Assembly (NCBI GenBank): GCA_964057225.1
Contig: CAXKVF010000072.1
Span: 496,001-560,000, forward strand
From: Auanema rhodensis
Lineage: Eukaryota > Animalia > Nematoda
Direction: 5' to 3'
DNA length: 64,000 bases
A model generated the notes under the pieces. The model saw only the letters and a list, made by a program, of their open reading frames with translations, did no database searches and was not told the DNA's origin. A program made the translations under genes and the position numbers. Positions 1-12,852 of the stretch are shown here, one piece after another (position 1 is the first letter of the stretch; every line of letters begins with the position of its first letter).

Positions 1-176
1 TACCAAGTGCACATCACGTGTACATTTAATTAGCATAAATTAAAGTTCACGTAAATTTCAAAGTCATGGTTACCATGAACCAATATCAATAAAAATTTGT
101 TTTTAGACTAATATGGACATGGGGAATCTAATTTTGAAAACCGCATCTCTTTATCTTTCACGTGAAGCGAGTTACA
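1..176 (+). repeat. Representative consensus-like monomer (m78=A allele)
   Basis: Matches the majority base at all positions I compared. Contains GTGCAC (m7-12), CACGTG (m15-20 and m159-164), TGTACA (m19-24) and GGTTACC (m68-74). Confidence 0.97.
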
Positions 177-3100
177 TACCAAGTGCACATCACGTGTACA
201 TTTAATTAGCATAAATTAAAGTTCACGTAAATTTCAAAGTCATGGTTACCATGCACCAAAATCAATAAAAATTTGTTTTTAGACTAATATGGACATGGGG
301 AATCTAATTTTGAAAACCGCATCTCTTTATCTTCCACGTGAAGCGAGTTACATACCAAGTGCACATCACGTGTACATTTAATTAGCATAAATTAAAGTTC
401 ACGTAAATTTCAAAGTCATGGTTACCATGCACCAATATCAATAAAAATTTGTTTTTAGACTAATATGGACATGGGGAATCTAATTTTGAAAACCGCATCT
501 CTTTATCTTTCACGTGAAGCGAGTTACATACCAAGTGCACATCACGTGCACATTTAATTAGCATAAATTAAAGTTCACGTAAATTTCAAAGTCATGGTTA
601 CCATGCACCAATATCAATAAAAATTTGTTTTTAGACTAATATGGACATGGGGAATCTAATGTTGAAAACCGCATCTCTTCATCTTTCACGTGAAGCGAGT
701 TACATACCAAGTGCACATCACGTGTACATTTAATTAGCATAAATTAAAGTTCACGTAAATTTCAAAGTCATGGTTACCATGAACCAATATCAATAAAAAT
801 TTGTTTTTAGACTAATATGTAAATGGGGAATCTAATTTTGAAAACCGCATCTCTTTATCTTTCACGTGAAGCGAGTTACATACCAAGTGCACATCACGTG
901 TACAATTAATTAGCATAAATTAAAGTTCACGTAAATTTCAAAGTCATGGTTACCATGAACCAATATCAATAAAAATTTGTTTTTAGACTAATATGGACAT
1001 GGGGAATCTAATTTTGAAAACCGCATTTCTTTATCTTTCACGTGAAGCGAGTTACATATCAAGTGCACATCACGTGTACATTTAATTAGCATAAATTAAA
1101 GTTCACGTAAATTTCAAAGTCATGGTTACCATGAACCAATATCAATAAAAATTTGTTTTTAGACTAATATGGACATGGGGAATCAAATTTTGAAAACCGC
1201 ATCTCTTTATCTTTCACGTGAAGCGAGTTACATACCAAGTGCACATCACGTGTACATTTAATTAGCATAAATTAAAGTTCACGTAAATTTCAAAGTCATG
1301 GTTACCATGCACCAATATCAATAAAAATTTGTTTTTAGACTAATATGGACATGGGGAATCTAATTTTGAAAACCGCATCTCTTTATCTTTCACGTGAAGC
1401 GAGTTACATACCAAGTGCACATCACGTGTACATTTAATTAGCATAAATTAAAGTTCACGTAAATTTCAAAGTCATGGTTACCATGAACCAATATCAATAA
1501 AAATTTGTTTTTAGACTAATATGGACATGGGGAATCTAGTTTTGAAAACCGCATCTCTTTATCTTTCACGTGAAGCGAGTTACATACCAAGTGCACATCA
1601 CGTGTACATTTAATTAGCATAAATTAAAGTTCACGTAAATTTCAAAGTCATGGTTACCATGCACCAAAATCAATAAAAATTTGTTTTTAGACTAATATGG
1701 ACATGGGGAATCTAATTTTGAAAACCGCATCTCTTTATCTTCCACGTGAAGCGAGTTACATACCAAGTGCACATCACGTGTACATTTAATTAGCATAAAT
1801 TAAAGTTCACGTAAATTTCAAAGTCATGGTTACCATGCACCAATATCAATAAAAATTTGTTTTTAGACTAATATGGACATGGGGAATCTAATTTTGAAAA
1901 CCGCATCTCTTTATCTTTCACGTGAAGCGAGTTACATACCAAGTGCACATCACGTGCACATTTAATTAGCATAAATTAAAGTTCACGTAAATTTCAAAGT
2001 CATGGTTACCATGCACCAATATCAAAAAAAATTTGTTTTTAGACTAATATGGACATGGGGAATCTAATTTTGAAAACCGCATCTCTTTATCTTCCACGTG
2101 AAGCGAGTTACATACCAAGTGCACATCACGTGCACATTTAATTAGCATAAATTAAAGTTCACGTAAATTTCAAAGTCATGGTTACCATGCACCAATATCA
2201 ATAAAAATCTGTTTTTAGACTAATATGGACATGGGGAATCAAAATTTTGAAAACCGCATCTCTTTATCTTTCACGTGAAGCGAGTTACATACCAAGTGCA
2301 CATCACGTGTACATTTAATTAGCATAAATTAAAGTTCACGTAAATTTCAAAGTCATTGTTACCATGCACCAATATCAATAAAAATTTGTTTTTAGACTAA
2401 TATGGACATGGGGAATCTAATTTTGAAAACCGCATCTCTTTATCTTTCACGTGAAGCGAGTTACATATCAAGTGCACATCACGTGTACATTTAATTAGCA
2501 TAAATTAAAGTTCACGTAAATTTCAAAGTCATGGTTACCATTAACCAATATCAATAAAAATTTGTTTTTAGACTAATATGGACATGGGGAATCTAATTTT
2601 GAAAACCGCATCTCTTTATCTTTCACGTGAAGCGAGTTACATACCAAGTGCACATCACGTGTACATTTAATTAGCATAAATTAAAGTTCACGTAAATTTC
2701 AAAGTCATGGTTACCATGCACCAATATCAATAAAAATTTGTTTTTAGACTAATATGGACATGGGGAATCTAATTTTGAAAACCGCATCTCTTTATCTTTC
2801 ACGTGAAGCGAGTTACATACCAAGTGCACATCACGTGTACATTTAATTAGCATAAATTAAAGTTCACGTAAATTTCAAAGTCATGGTTACCATGCACCAA
2901 TATCAATAAAAATTTGTTTTTAGACTAATATGAACATGGGGAATCTAATTTTGAAAACCGCATCTCTTTATCTTTCACGTGAAGCGAGTTACATACCAAG
3001 TGCACATCACGTGTACATTTAATTAGCATAAATTAAAGTTCACGTAAATTTCAAAGTCATGGTTACCATGAACCAATATCAATAAAAATTTGTTTTTAGA

Positions 3101-5281
3101 CTAATATGGACATGGGGAATCTAATTTTGAAAACCGCATCTCTTTATCTTTCACGTGAAGCGAGTTACATACCAAGTGCACATCACGTGTACATTTAATT
3201 AGCATAAATTAAAGTTCACGTAAATTTCAAAGTCATGGTTACCATGCACCAATATCAATAAAAATTTGTTTTTAGACTAATATGGACATGGGGAATCTAA
3301 TTTTGAAAACCGCATCTCTTTATATTTCACGTGAAGCGAGTTACATACCAAGTGCACATCACGTGTACATTTAATTAGCATAAATTAAAGTTCACGTAAA
3401 TTTCAAAGTCATGGTTACCATTAACCAATATCAATAAAAATTTGTTTTTAGACTAATATGGACATGGGGAATCTAATTTTGAAAACCGCATCTCTTTATC
3501 TTTCACGTGAAGCGAGTTACATACCAAGTGCACATCACGTGTAGATTTAATTAGCATAAATTAAAGTTCACGTAAATTTCAAAGTCATGGTTACCATGCA
3601 CCAATATCAATAAAAATTTGTTTTTAGACTAATATGGACATGGGGAATCTAATTTTGAAAACCGCATCTCTTTATCTTTCACGTGAAGCGAGTTACATAC
3701 CAAGTGCACATCACGTGTACATTTAATTAGCATAAATTAAAGTTCACGTAAATTTCAAAGTCATGGTTACCATGCACCAATATCAATAAAAATTTGTTTT
3801 TAGACTAATATGGACATGGGGAATCTAATTTTGAAAACCGCATCTCTTTATCTTTCACGTGAAGCGAGTTACATACCAAGTGCACATCACGTGTACATTT
3901 AATTAGCATAAATTAAAGTTCACGTAAATTTCAAAGTCATGGTTACCATGAACCAATATCAATAAAAATTTGTTTTTAGACTAATATGGACATGGGGAAT
4001 CTAATTTTGAAAACCGCATCTCTTTATCTTTCACGTGAAGCGAGTTACATACCAAGTGCACATCACGTGTACATTTAATTAGCATAAATTAAAGTTCACG
4101 TAAATTTCAAAGTCATGGTTACCATGCACCAATATCAATAAAAATTTGTTTTTAGACTAATATGGACATGGGGAATCTAATTTTGAAAACCGCATCTCTT
4201 TATCTTTCACGTGAAGCGAGTTACATACCAAGTGCACATCACGTGTACATTTAATTAGCATAAATTAAAGTTCACGTAAATTTCAAAGTCATGGTTACCA
4301 TGAACCAATATCAATAAAAATTTGTTTTTAGACTAATATGGACATGGGGAATCAAATTTTGAAAACCGCATCTCTTTATCTTTCACGTGAAGCGAGTTAC
4401 ATACCAAGTGCACATCACGTGTACATTTAATTAGCATAAATTAAAGTTCACGTAAATTTCAAAGTCATGGTTACCATGAACCAATATCAATAAAAATTTG
4501 TTTTTAGACTAATATGGACATGGGGAATCTAATTTTGAAAACCGCATCTCTTTATCTTTCACGTGAAGCGAGTTACATACCAAGTGCACATCACGTGTAC
4601 ATTTAATTAGCATAAATTAAAGTTCACGTAAATTTCAAAGTCATGGTTACCATGCACCAATATCAATAAAAATTTGTTTTTAGACTAATATGGACATGGG
4701 GAATCTAATTTTGAAAACCGCATCTCTTTATATTTCACGTGAAGCGAGTTACATACCAAGTGCACATCACGTGTACATTTAATTAGCATAAATTAAAGTT
4801 CACGTAAATTTCAAAGTCATGGTTACCATGAACCAATATCAATAAAAATTTGTTTTTAGACTAATATGGACATGGGGAATCTAATTTTGAAAACCGCATC
4901 TCTTTATATTTCACGTGAAGCGAGTTACATACCAAGTGCACATCACGTGTACATTTAATTAGCATAAATTAAAGTTCACGTAAATTTCAAAGTCATGGTT
5001 ACCATGAACCAATATCAATAAAAATTTGTTTTTAGACTAATATGGACATGGGGAATCTAATTTTGAAAACCGCATCTCTTTATCTTTCACGTGAAGCGAG
5101 TTACATACCAAGTGCACATCACGTGTACATTTAATTAGCATAAATTAAAGTTCACGTAAATTTCAAAGTCATGGTTACCATGAACCAATATCAATAAAAA
5201 TTTGTTTTTAGACTAATATGGACATGGGGAATCTAATTTTGAAAACCGCATCTCTTTATCTTTCACGTGAAGCGAGTTACA

Positions 5282-8099
5282 TACCAAGTGCACATCACGT
5301 GTACATTTAATTAGCATAAATTAAAGTTCACGTAAATTTCAAAGTCATGGTTACCATGCACCAATATCAATAAAAATTTGTTTTTAGACTAATATGGACA
5401 TGAGGAATCTAATTTTGAAAACCGCATCTCTTTATATTTCACGTGAAGCGAGTTACATACCAAGTGCACATCACGTGTACATTTAATTAGCATAAATTAA
5501 AGTTCACGTAAATTTCAAAGTCATGGTTACCATGAACCAATATCAATAAAAATTTGTTTTTAGACTAATATGGACATGGGGAATCTAATTTTGAAAACCG
5601 CATCTCTTTATCTTTCACGTGAAGCGAGTTACATACCAAGTGCACATCACGTGTACATTTAATTAGCATAAATTAAAGTTCACGTAAATTTCAAAGTCAT
5701 GGTTACCATGCACCAATATCAATAAAAATTTGTTTTTAGACTAATATGGACATGGGAAATCTAATTTTGAAAACCGCATCTCTTTATCTTCCACGTGAAG
5801 CGAGTTACATACCAAGTGCACATCACGTGTACATTTAATTAGCATAAATTAAAGTTCACGTAAATTTCAAAGTCATGGTTACCATGAACCAATATTAATA
5901 AAAATTTGTTTTTAGACTAATATGTACATGGGGAATCTAATTTTGAAAACCGCATCTCTTTATCTTTCACATGAAGCGAGTTACATACCAAGTGCACATC
6001 ACGTGTACATTTAATTAGCATAAATTAAAGTTCACGTAAATTTCAAAGTCATGGTTACCATGCACCAATATCAATAAAAATCTGTTTTTAGACTAATATG
6101 GACATGGGGAATCAAAATTTTGAAAACCGCATCTCTTTATCTTTCACGTGAAGCGAGTTACATACCAAGTGCACATCACGTGTACATTTAATTAGCATAA
6201 ATTAAAGTTCACGTAAATTTCAAAGTCATTGTTACCATGCACCAATATCAATAAAAATTTGTTTTTAGACTAATATGGACATGGGGAATCTAATTTTGAA
6301 AACCGCATCTCTTTATCTTTCACGTGAAGCGAGTTACATATCAAGTGCACATCACGTGTACATTTAATTAGCATAAATTAAAGTTCACGTAAATTTCAAA
6401 GTCATGGTTACCATTAACCAATATCAATAAAAATTTGTTTTTAGACTAATATGGACATGGGGAATCTAATTTTGAAAACCGCATCTCTTTATCTTTCACG
6501 TGAAGCGAGTTACATACCAAGTGCACATCACGTGTACATTTAATTAGCATAAATTAAAGTTCACGTAAATTTCAAAGTCATGGTTACCATGCACCAATAT
6601 CAATAAAAATTTGTTTTTAGACTAATATGGACATGGGGAATCTAATTTTGAAAACCGCATCTCTTTATCTTTCACGTGAAGCGAGTTACATACCAAGTGC
6701 ACATCACGTGTACATTTAATTAGCATAAATTAAAGTTCACGTAAATTTCAAAGTCATGGTTACCATGCACCAATATCAATAAAAATTTGTTTTTAGACTA
6801 ATATGGACATGGGGAATCTAATTTTGAAAACCGCATCTCTTTATATTTCACGTGAAGCGAGTTACATACCAAGTGCACATCACGTGTACATTTAATTAGC
6901 ATAAATTAAAGTTCACGTAAATTTCAAAGTCATGGTTACCATGAACCAATATCAATAAAAATTTGTTTTTAGACTAATATGGACATGGGGAATCTAATTT
7001 TGAAAACCGCATCTCTTTATCTTTCACGTGAAGCGAGTTACATACCAAGTGCACATCACGTGTACATTTAATTAGCATAAATTAAAGTTCACGTAAATTT
7101 CAAAGTCATGGTTACCATGCACCAATATCAATAAAAATTTGTTTTTAGACTAATATGGACATGGGAAATCTAATTTTGAAAACCGCATCTCTTTATCTTC
7201 CACGTGAAGCGAGTTACATACCAAGTGCACATCACGTGTACATTTAATTAGCATAAATTAAAGTTCACGTAAATTTCAAAGTCATGGTTACCATGAACCA
7301 ATATTAATAAAAATTTGTTTTTAGACTAATATGTACATGGGGAATCTAATTTTGAAAACCGCATCTCTTTATCTTTCACATGAAGCGAGTTACATACCAA
7401 GTGCACATCACGTGTACATTTAATTAGCATAAATTAAAGTTCACGTAAATTTCAAAGTCATGGTTACCATGCACCAATATCAATAAAAATCTGTTTTTAG
7501 ACTAATATGGACATGGGGAATCAAAATTTTGAAAACCGCATCTCTTTATCTTTCACGTGAAGCGAGTTACATACCAAGTGCACATCACGTGTACATTTAA
7601 TTAGCATAAATTAAAGTTCACGTAAATTTCAAAGTCATTGTTACCATGCACCAATATCAATAAAAATTTGTTTTTAGACTAATATGGACATGGGGAATCT
7701 AATTTTGAAAACCGCATCTCTTTATCTTTCACGTGAAGCGAGTTACATATCAAGTGCACATCACGTGTACATTTAATTAGCATAAATTAAAGTTCACGTA
7801 AATTTCAAAGTCATGGTTACCATTAACCAATATCAATAAAAATTTGTTTTTAGACTAATATGGACATGGGGAATCTAATTTTGAAAACCGCATCTCTTTA
7901 TCTTTCACGTGAAGCGAGTTACATACCAAGTGCACATCACGTGTACATTTAATTAGCATAAATTAAAGTTCACGTAAATTTCAAAGTCATGGTTACCATG
8001 CACCAATATCAATAAAAATTTGTTTTTAGACTAATATGGACATGGGGAATCTAATTTTGAAAACCGCATCTCTTTATCTTTCACGTGAAGCGAGTTACA
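5282..8099. repeat. Tandem duplication of an 8-monomer block (5282-6690 and 6691-8099, offset 1409)
   Basis: Same ordered variants in both halves: m155A; consensus; m124A+m158C; m87T+m116T+m162A; m97C+1 bp insertion (AATCAAAATTTT); m68T; m3T+m77T; consensus. Confidence 0.9.
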
Positions 8100-10035
8100 T
8101 ACCAAGTGCACATCACGTGTACATTTAATTAGCATAAATTAAAGTTCACGTAAATTTCAAAGTCATGGTTACCATGCACCAATATCAATAAAAATTTGTT
8201 TTTAGACTAATATGGACATGGGGAATCTAATTTTGAAAACCGCATCTCTTTATCTTTCACGTGAAGCGAGTTACATATCAAGTGCACATCACGTGTACAC
8301 TTAATTAGCATAAATTAAAGTTCACGTAAATTTCAAAGTCATGGTTACCATTAACCAATATCAATAAAAATTTGTTTTTAGACTAATATGGACATGGGGA
8401 ATCTAATTTTGAAAACCGCATCTCTTTATCTTTCACGTGAAGCGAGTTACATACCAAGTGCACATCACGTGTACATTTAATTAGCATAAATTAAAGTTCA
8501 CGTAAATTTCAAAGTCATGGTTACCATGAACCAATATCAATAAAAATTTGTTTTTAGACTAATATGGACATGGGGAATCTAATTTTGAAAACCGCATCTC
8601 TTTATCTTTCACGTGAAGCGAGTTACATACCAAGTGCACATCACGTGTACATTTAATTAGCATAAATTAAAGTTCACGTAAATTTCAAAGTCATGGTTAC
8701 CATGCACCAATATCAATAAAAATTTGTTTTTAGACTAATATGGACATGGGGAATCTAATTTTGAAAACCGCATCTCTTTATCTTTCACGTGAAGCGAGTT
8801 ACATACCAAGTGCACATCACGTGTACATTTAATTAGCATAAATTAAAGTTCACGTAAATTTCAAAGTCATGGTTACCATGAACCAATATCAATAAAAATT
8901 TGTTTTTAGACTAATATGGACATGGGGAATCTAATTTTGAAAACCGCATCTCTTTATCTTTCACGTGAAGCGAGTTACATACCAAGTGCACATCACGTGT
9001 ACATTTAATTAGCATAAATTAAAGTTCACGTAAATTTCAAAGTCATGGTTACCATGCACCAATATCAATAAAAATTTGTTTTTAGACTAATATGGACATG
9101 GGGAATCTAATTTTGAAAACCGCATCTCTTTATCTTGCACGTGAAGCGAGTTACATACCAAGTGCACATCACGTGTACATTTAATTAGCATAAATTAAAG
9201 TTCACGTAAATTTCAAAGTCATGGTTACCATGAACCAATATCAATAAAAATTTGTTTTTAGACTAATATGTACATGGGGAATCTAATTTTGAAAACCGCA
9301 TTTCTTTATCTTTCACGTGAAGCGAGTTACATACCAAGTGCACATCACGTGTACATTTAATTAGCATAAATTAAAGTTCACGTAAATTTCAAAGTCATGG
9401 TTACCATGCACCAATATCAATAAAAATCTGTTTTTAAACTAATATGGACATGGGGAATCTAATTTTGAAAACCGCATCTCTTTATCTTTCACGTGAAGCG
9501 AGTTACATACCAAGTGCACATCACGTGTACATTTAATTAGCATAAATTAAAGTTCACGTAAATTTCAAAGTCATGGTTACCATGCACCAATATCAATAAA
9601 AATTTGTTTTTAGACTAATATGGACATGGGGAATCTAATTTTGAAAACCGCATCTCTTTATCTTTCACGTGAAGCGAGTTACATATCAAGTGCACATCAC
9701 GTGTACATTTAATTAGCATAAATTAAAGTTCACGTAAATTTCAAAGTCATGGTTACCATTAACCAATATCAATAAAAATTTGTTTTTAGACTAATATGGA
9801 CATGGGGAATCTAATTTTGAAAACCGCATCTCTTTATCTTTCACGTGAAGCGAGTTACATACCAAGTGCACATCACGTGTACATTTAATTAGCATAAATT
9901 AAAGTTCACGTAAATTTCAAAGTCATGGTTACCATGAACCAATATCAATAAAAATTTGTTTTTAGACTAATATGGACATGGGGAATCAAATTTTGAAAAC
10001 CGCATCTCTTTATCTTTCACGTGAAGCGAGTTACA

Positions 10036-12852
10036 TACCAAGTGCACATCACGTGTACATTTAATTAGCATAAATTAAAGTTCACGTAAATTTCAAAGTC
10101 ATGGTTACCATGAACCAATATCAATAAAAATTTGTTTTTAGACTAATATGGACATGGGGAATCAAATTTTGAAAACCGCATCTCTTTATCTTTCACGTGA
10201 AGCGAGTTACATACCAAGTGCACATCACGTGTACATTTAATTAGCATAAATTAAAGTTCACGTAAATTTCAAAGTCATGGTTACCATGAACCAATATCAA
10301 TAAAAATTTGTTTTTAGACTAATATGGACATGGGGAATCTAATTTTGAAAACCGCATCTCTTTATCTTTCACGTGAAGCGAGTTACATACCAAGTGCACA
10401 TCACGTGTACATTTAATTAGCATAAATTAAAGTTCACGTAAATTTCAAAGTCATGGTTACCATGCACCAATATCAATAAAAATTTGTTTTTAGACTAATA
10501 TGGACATGGGGAATCTAATTTTGAAAACCGCATCTCTTTATATTTCACGTGAAGCGAGTTACATACCAAGTGCACATCACGTGTACATTTAATTAGCATA
10601 AATTAAAGTTCACGTAAATTTCAAAGTCATGGTTACCATGAACCAATATCAATAAAAATTTGTTTTTAGACTAATATGGACATGGGGAATCTAATTTTGA
10701 AAACCGCATCTCTTTATATTTCACGTGAAGCGAGTTACATACCAAGTGCACATCACGTGTACATTTAATTAGCATAAATTAAAGTTCACGTAAATTTCAA
10801 AGTCATGGTTACCATGAACCAATATCAATAAAAATTTGTTTTTAGACTAATATGGACATGGGGAATCTAATTTTGAAAACCGCATCTCTTTATCTTTCAC
10901 GTGAAGCGAGTTACATACCAAGTGCACATCACGTGTACATTTAATTAGCATAAATTAAAGTTCACGTAAATTTCAAAGTCATGGTTACCATGAACCAATA
11001 TCAATAAAAATTTGTTTTTAGACTAATATGGACATGGGGAATCTAATTTTGAAAACCGCATCTCTTTATCTTTCACGTGAAGCGAGTTACATACCAAGTG
11101 CACATCACGTGTACATTTAATTAGCATAAATTAAAGTTCACGTAAATTTCAAAGTCATGGTTACCATGCACCAATATCAATAAAAATTTGTTTTTAGACT
11201 AATATGGACATGGGGAATCTAATTTTGAAAACCGCATCTCTTTATATTTCACGTGAAGCGAGTTACATACCAAGTGCACATCACGTGTACATTTAATTAG
11301 CATAAATTAAAGTTCACGTAAATTTCAAAGTCATGGTTACCATGAACCAATATCAATAAAAATTTGTTTTTAGACTAATATGGACATGGGGAATCTAATT
11401 TTGAAAACCGCATCTCTTTATCTTTCACGTGAAGCGAGTTACATACCAAGTGCACATCACGTGTACATTTAATTAGCATAAATTAAAGTTCACGTAAATT
11501 TCAAAGTCATGGTTACCATGCACCAATATCAATAAAAATTTGTTTTTAGACTAATATGGACATGGGAAATCTAATTTTGAAAACCGCATCTCTTTATCTT
11601 CCACGTGAAGCGAGTTACATACCAAGTGCACATCACGTGTACATTTAATTAGCATAAATTAAAGTTCACGTAAATTTCAAAGTCATGGTTACCATGAACC
11701 AATATTAATAAAAATTTGTTTTTAGACTAATATGTACATGGGGAATCTAATTTTGAAAACCGCATCTCTTTATCTTTCACATGAAGCGAGTTACATACCA
11801 AGTGCACATCACGTGTACATTTAATTAGCATAAATTAAAGTTCACGTAAATTTCAAAGTCATGGTTACCATGCACCAATATCAATAAAAATCTGTTTTTA
11901 GACTAATATGGACATGGGGAATCAAAATTTTGAAAACCGCATCTCTTTATCTTTCACGTGAAGCGAGTTACATACCAAGTGCACATCACGTGTACATTTA
12001 ATTAGCATAAATTAAAGTTCACGTAAATTTCAAAGTCATTGTTACCATGCACCAATATCAATAAAAATTTGTTTTTAGACTAATATGGACATGGGGAATC
12101 TAATTTTGAAAACCGCATCTCTTTATCTTTCACGTGAAGCGAGTTACATATCAAGTGCACATCACGTGTACATTTAATTAGCATAAATTAAAGTTCACGT
12201 AAATTTCAAAGTCATGGTTACCATTAACCAATATCAATAAAAATTTGTTTTTAGACTAATATGGACATGGGGAATCTAATTTTGAAAACCGCATCTCTTT
12301 ATCTTTCACGTGAAGCGAGTTACATACCAAGTGCACATCACGTGTACATTTAATTAGCATAAATTAAAGTTCACGTAAATTTCAAAGTCATGGTTACCAT
12401 GCACCAATATCAATAAAAATTTGTTTTTAGACTAATATGGACATGGGGAATCTAATTTTGAAAACCGCATCTCTTTATCTTTCACGTGAAGCGAGTTACA
12501 TACCAAGTGCACATCACGTGTACATTTAATTAGCATAAATTAAAGTTCACGTAAATTTCAAAGTCATGGTTACCATGCACCAATATCAATAAAAATTTGT
12601 TTTTAGACTAATATGGACATGGGGAATCTAATTTTGAAAACCGCATCTCTTTATCTTTCACGTGAAGCGAGTTACATATCAAGTGCACATCACGTGTACA
12701 CTTAATTAGCATAAATTAAAGTTCACGTAAATTTCAAAGTCATGGTTACCATTAACCAATATCAATAAAAATTTGTTTTTAGACTAATATGGACATGGGG
12801 AATCTAATTTTGAAAACCGCATCTCTTTATCTTTCACGTGAAGCGAGTTACA
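10036..12852. repeat. Second copy of the block beginning at 4226 (about 25-monomer period once the extra 8-mer is discounted)
   Basis: Variant order at 4226-6514 repeats at 10036-12324 (offset 5810). The m3T+m25C+m77T monomer occurs at 8276 and 12677 (offset 4401 = 25 x 176 + 1). Confidence 0.8.

Noticed and set aside
13-143. Budding-yeast point-centromere-like layout: ATCACGTG (CDEI match), 77 bp spacer, then TGTTTTTAG resembling the start of CDEIII
   Set aside because: The spacer is only about 77% AT (CDEII is over 90%), the essential CCG is not at the CDEIII position (the only CCG is at m141-143), and point centromeres are not tandemly arrayed.
1-176. Identity with known satellites of similar length (Brassica CentBr, Arabidopsis CEN178, honeybee AluI, primate alpha satellite)
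   Set aside because: The consensus has no AAGCTT or AGCT site and no CENP-B box, and I recognise no similarity from memory. Length alone is not evidence; a database search is still needed.
1-176. Tandem 5S rRNA, tRNA, snRNA or spliced-leader gene array
   Set aside because: 32% GC, with no recognisable 5S sequence, cloverleaf, pol III A/B boxes or capped-leader/donor-site arrangement.
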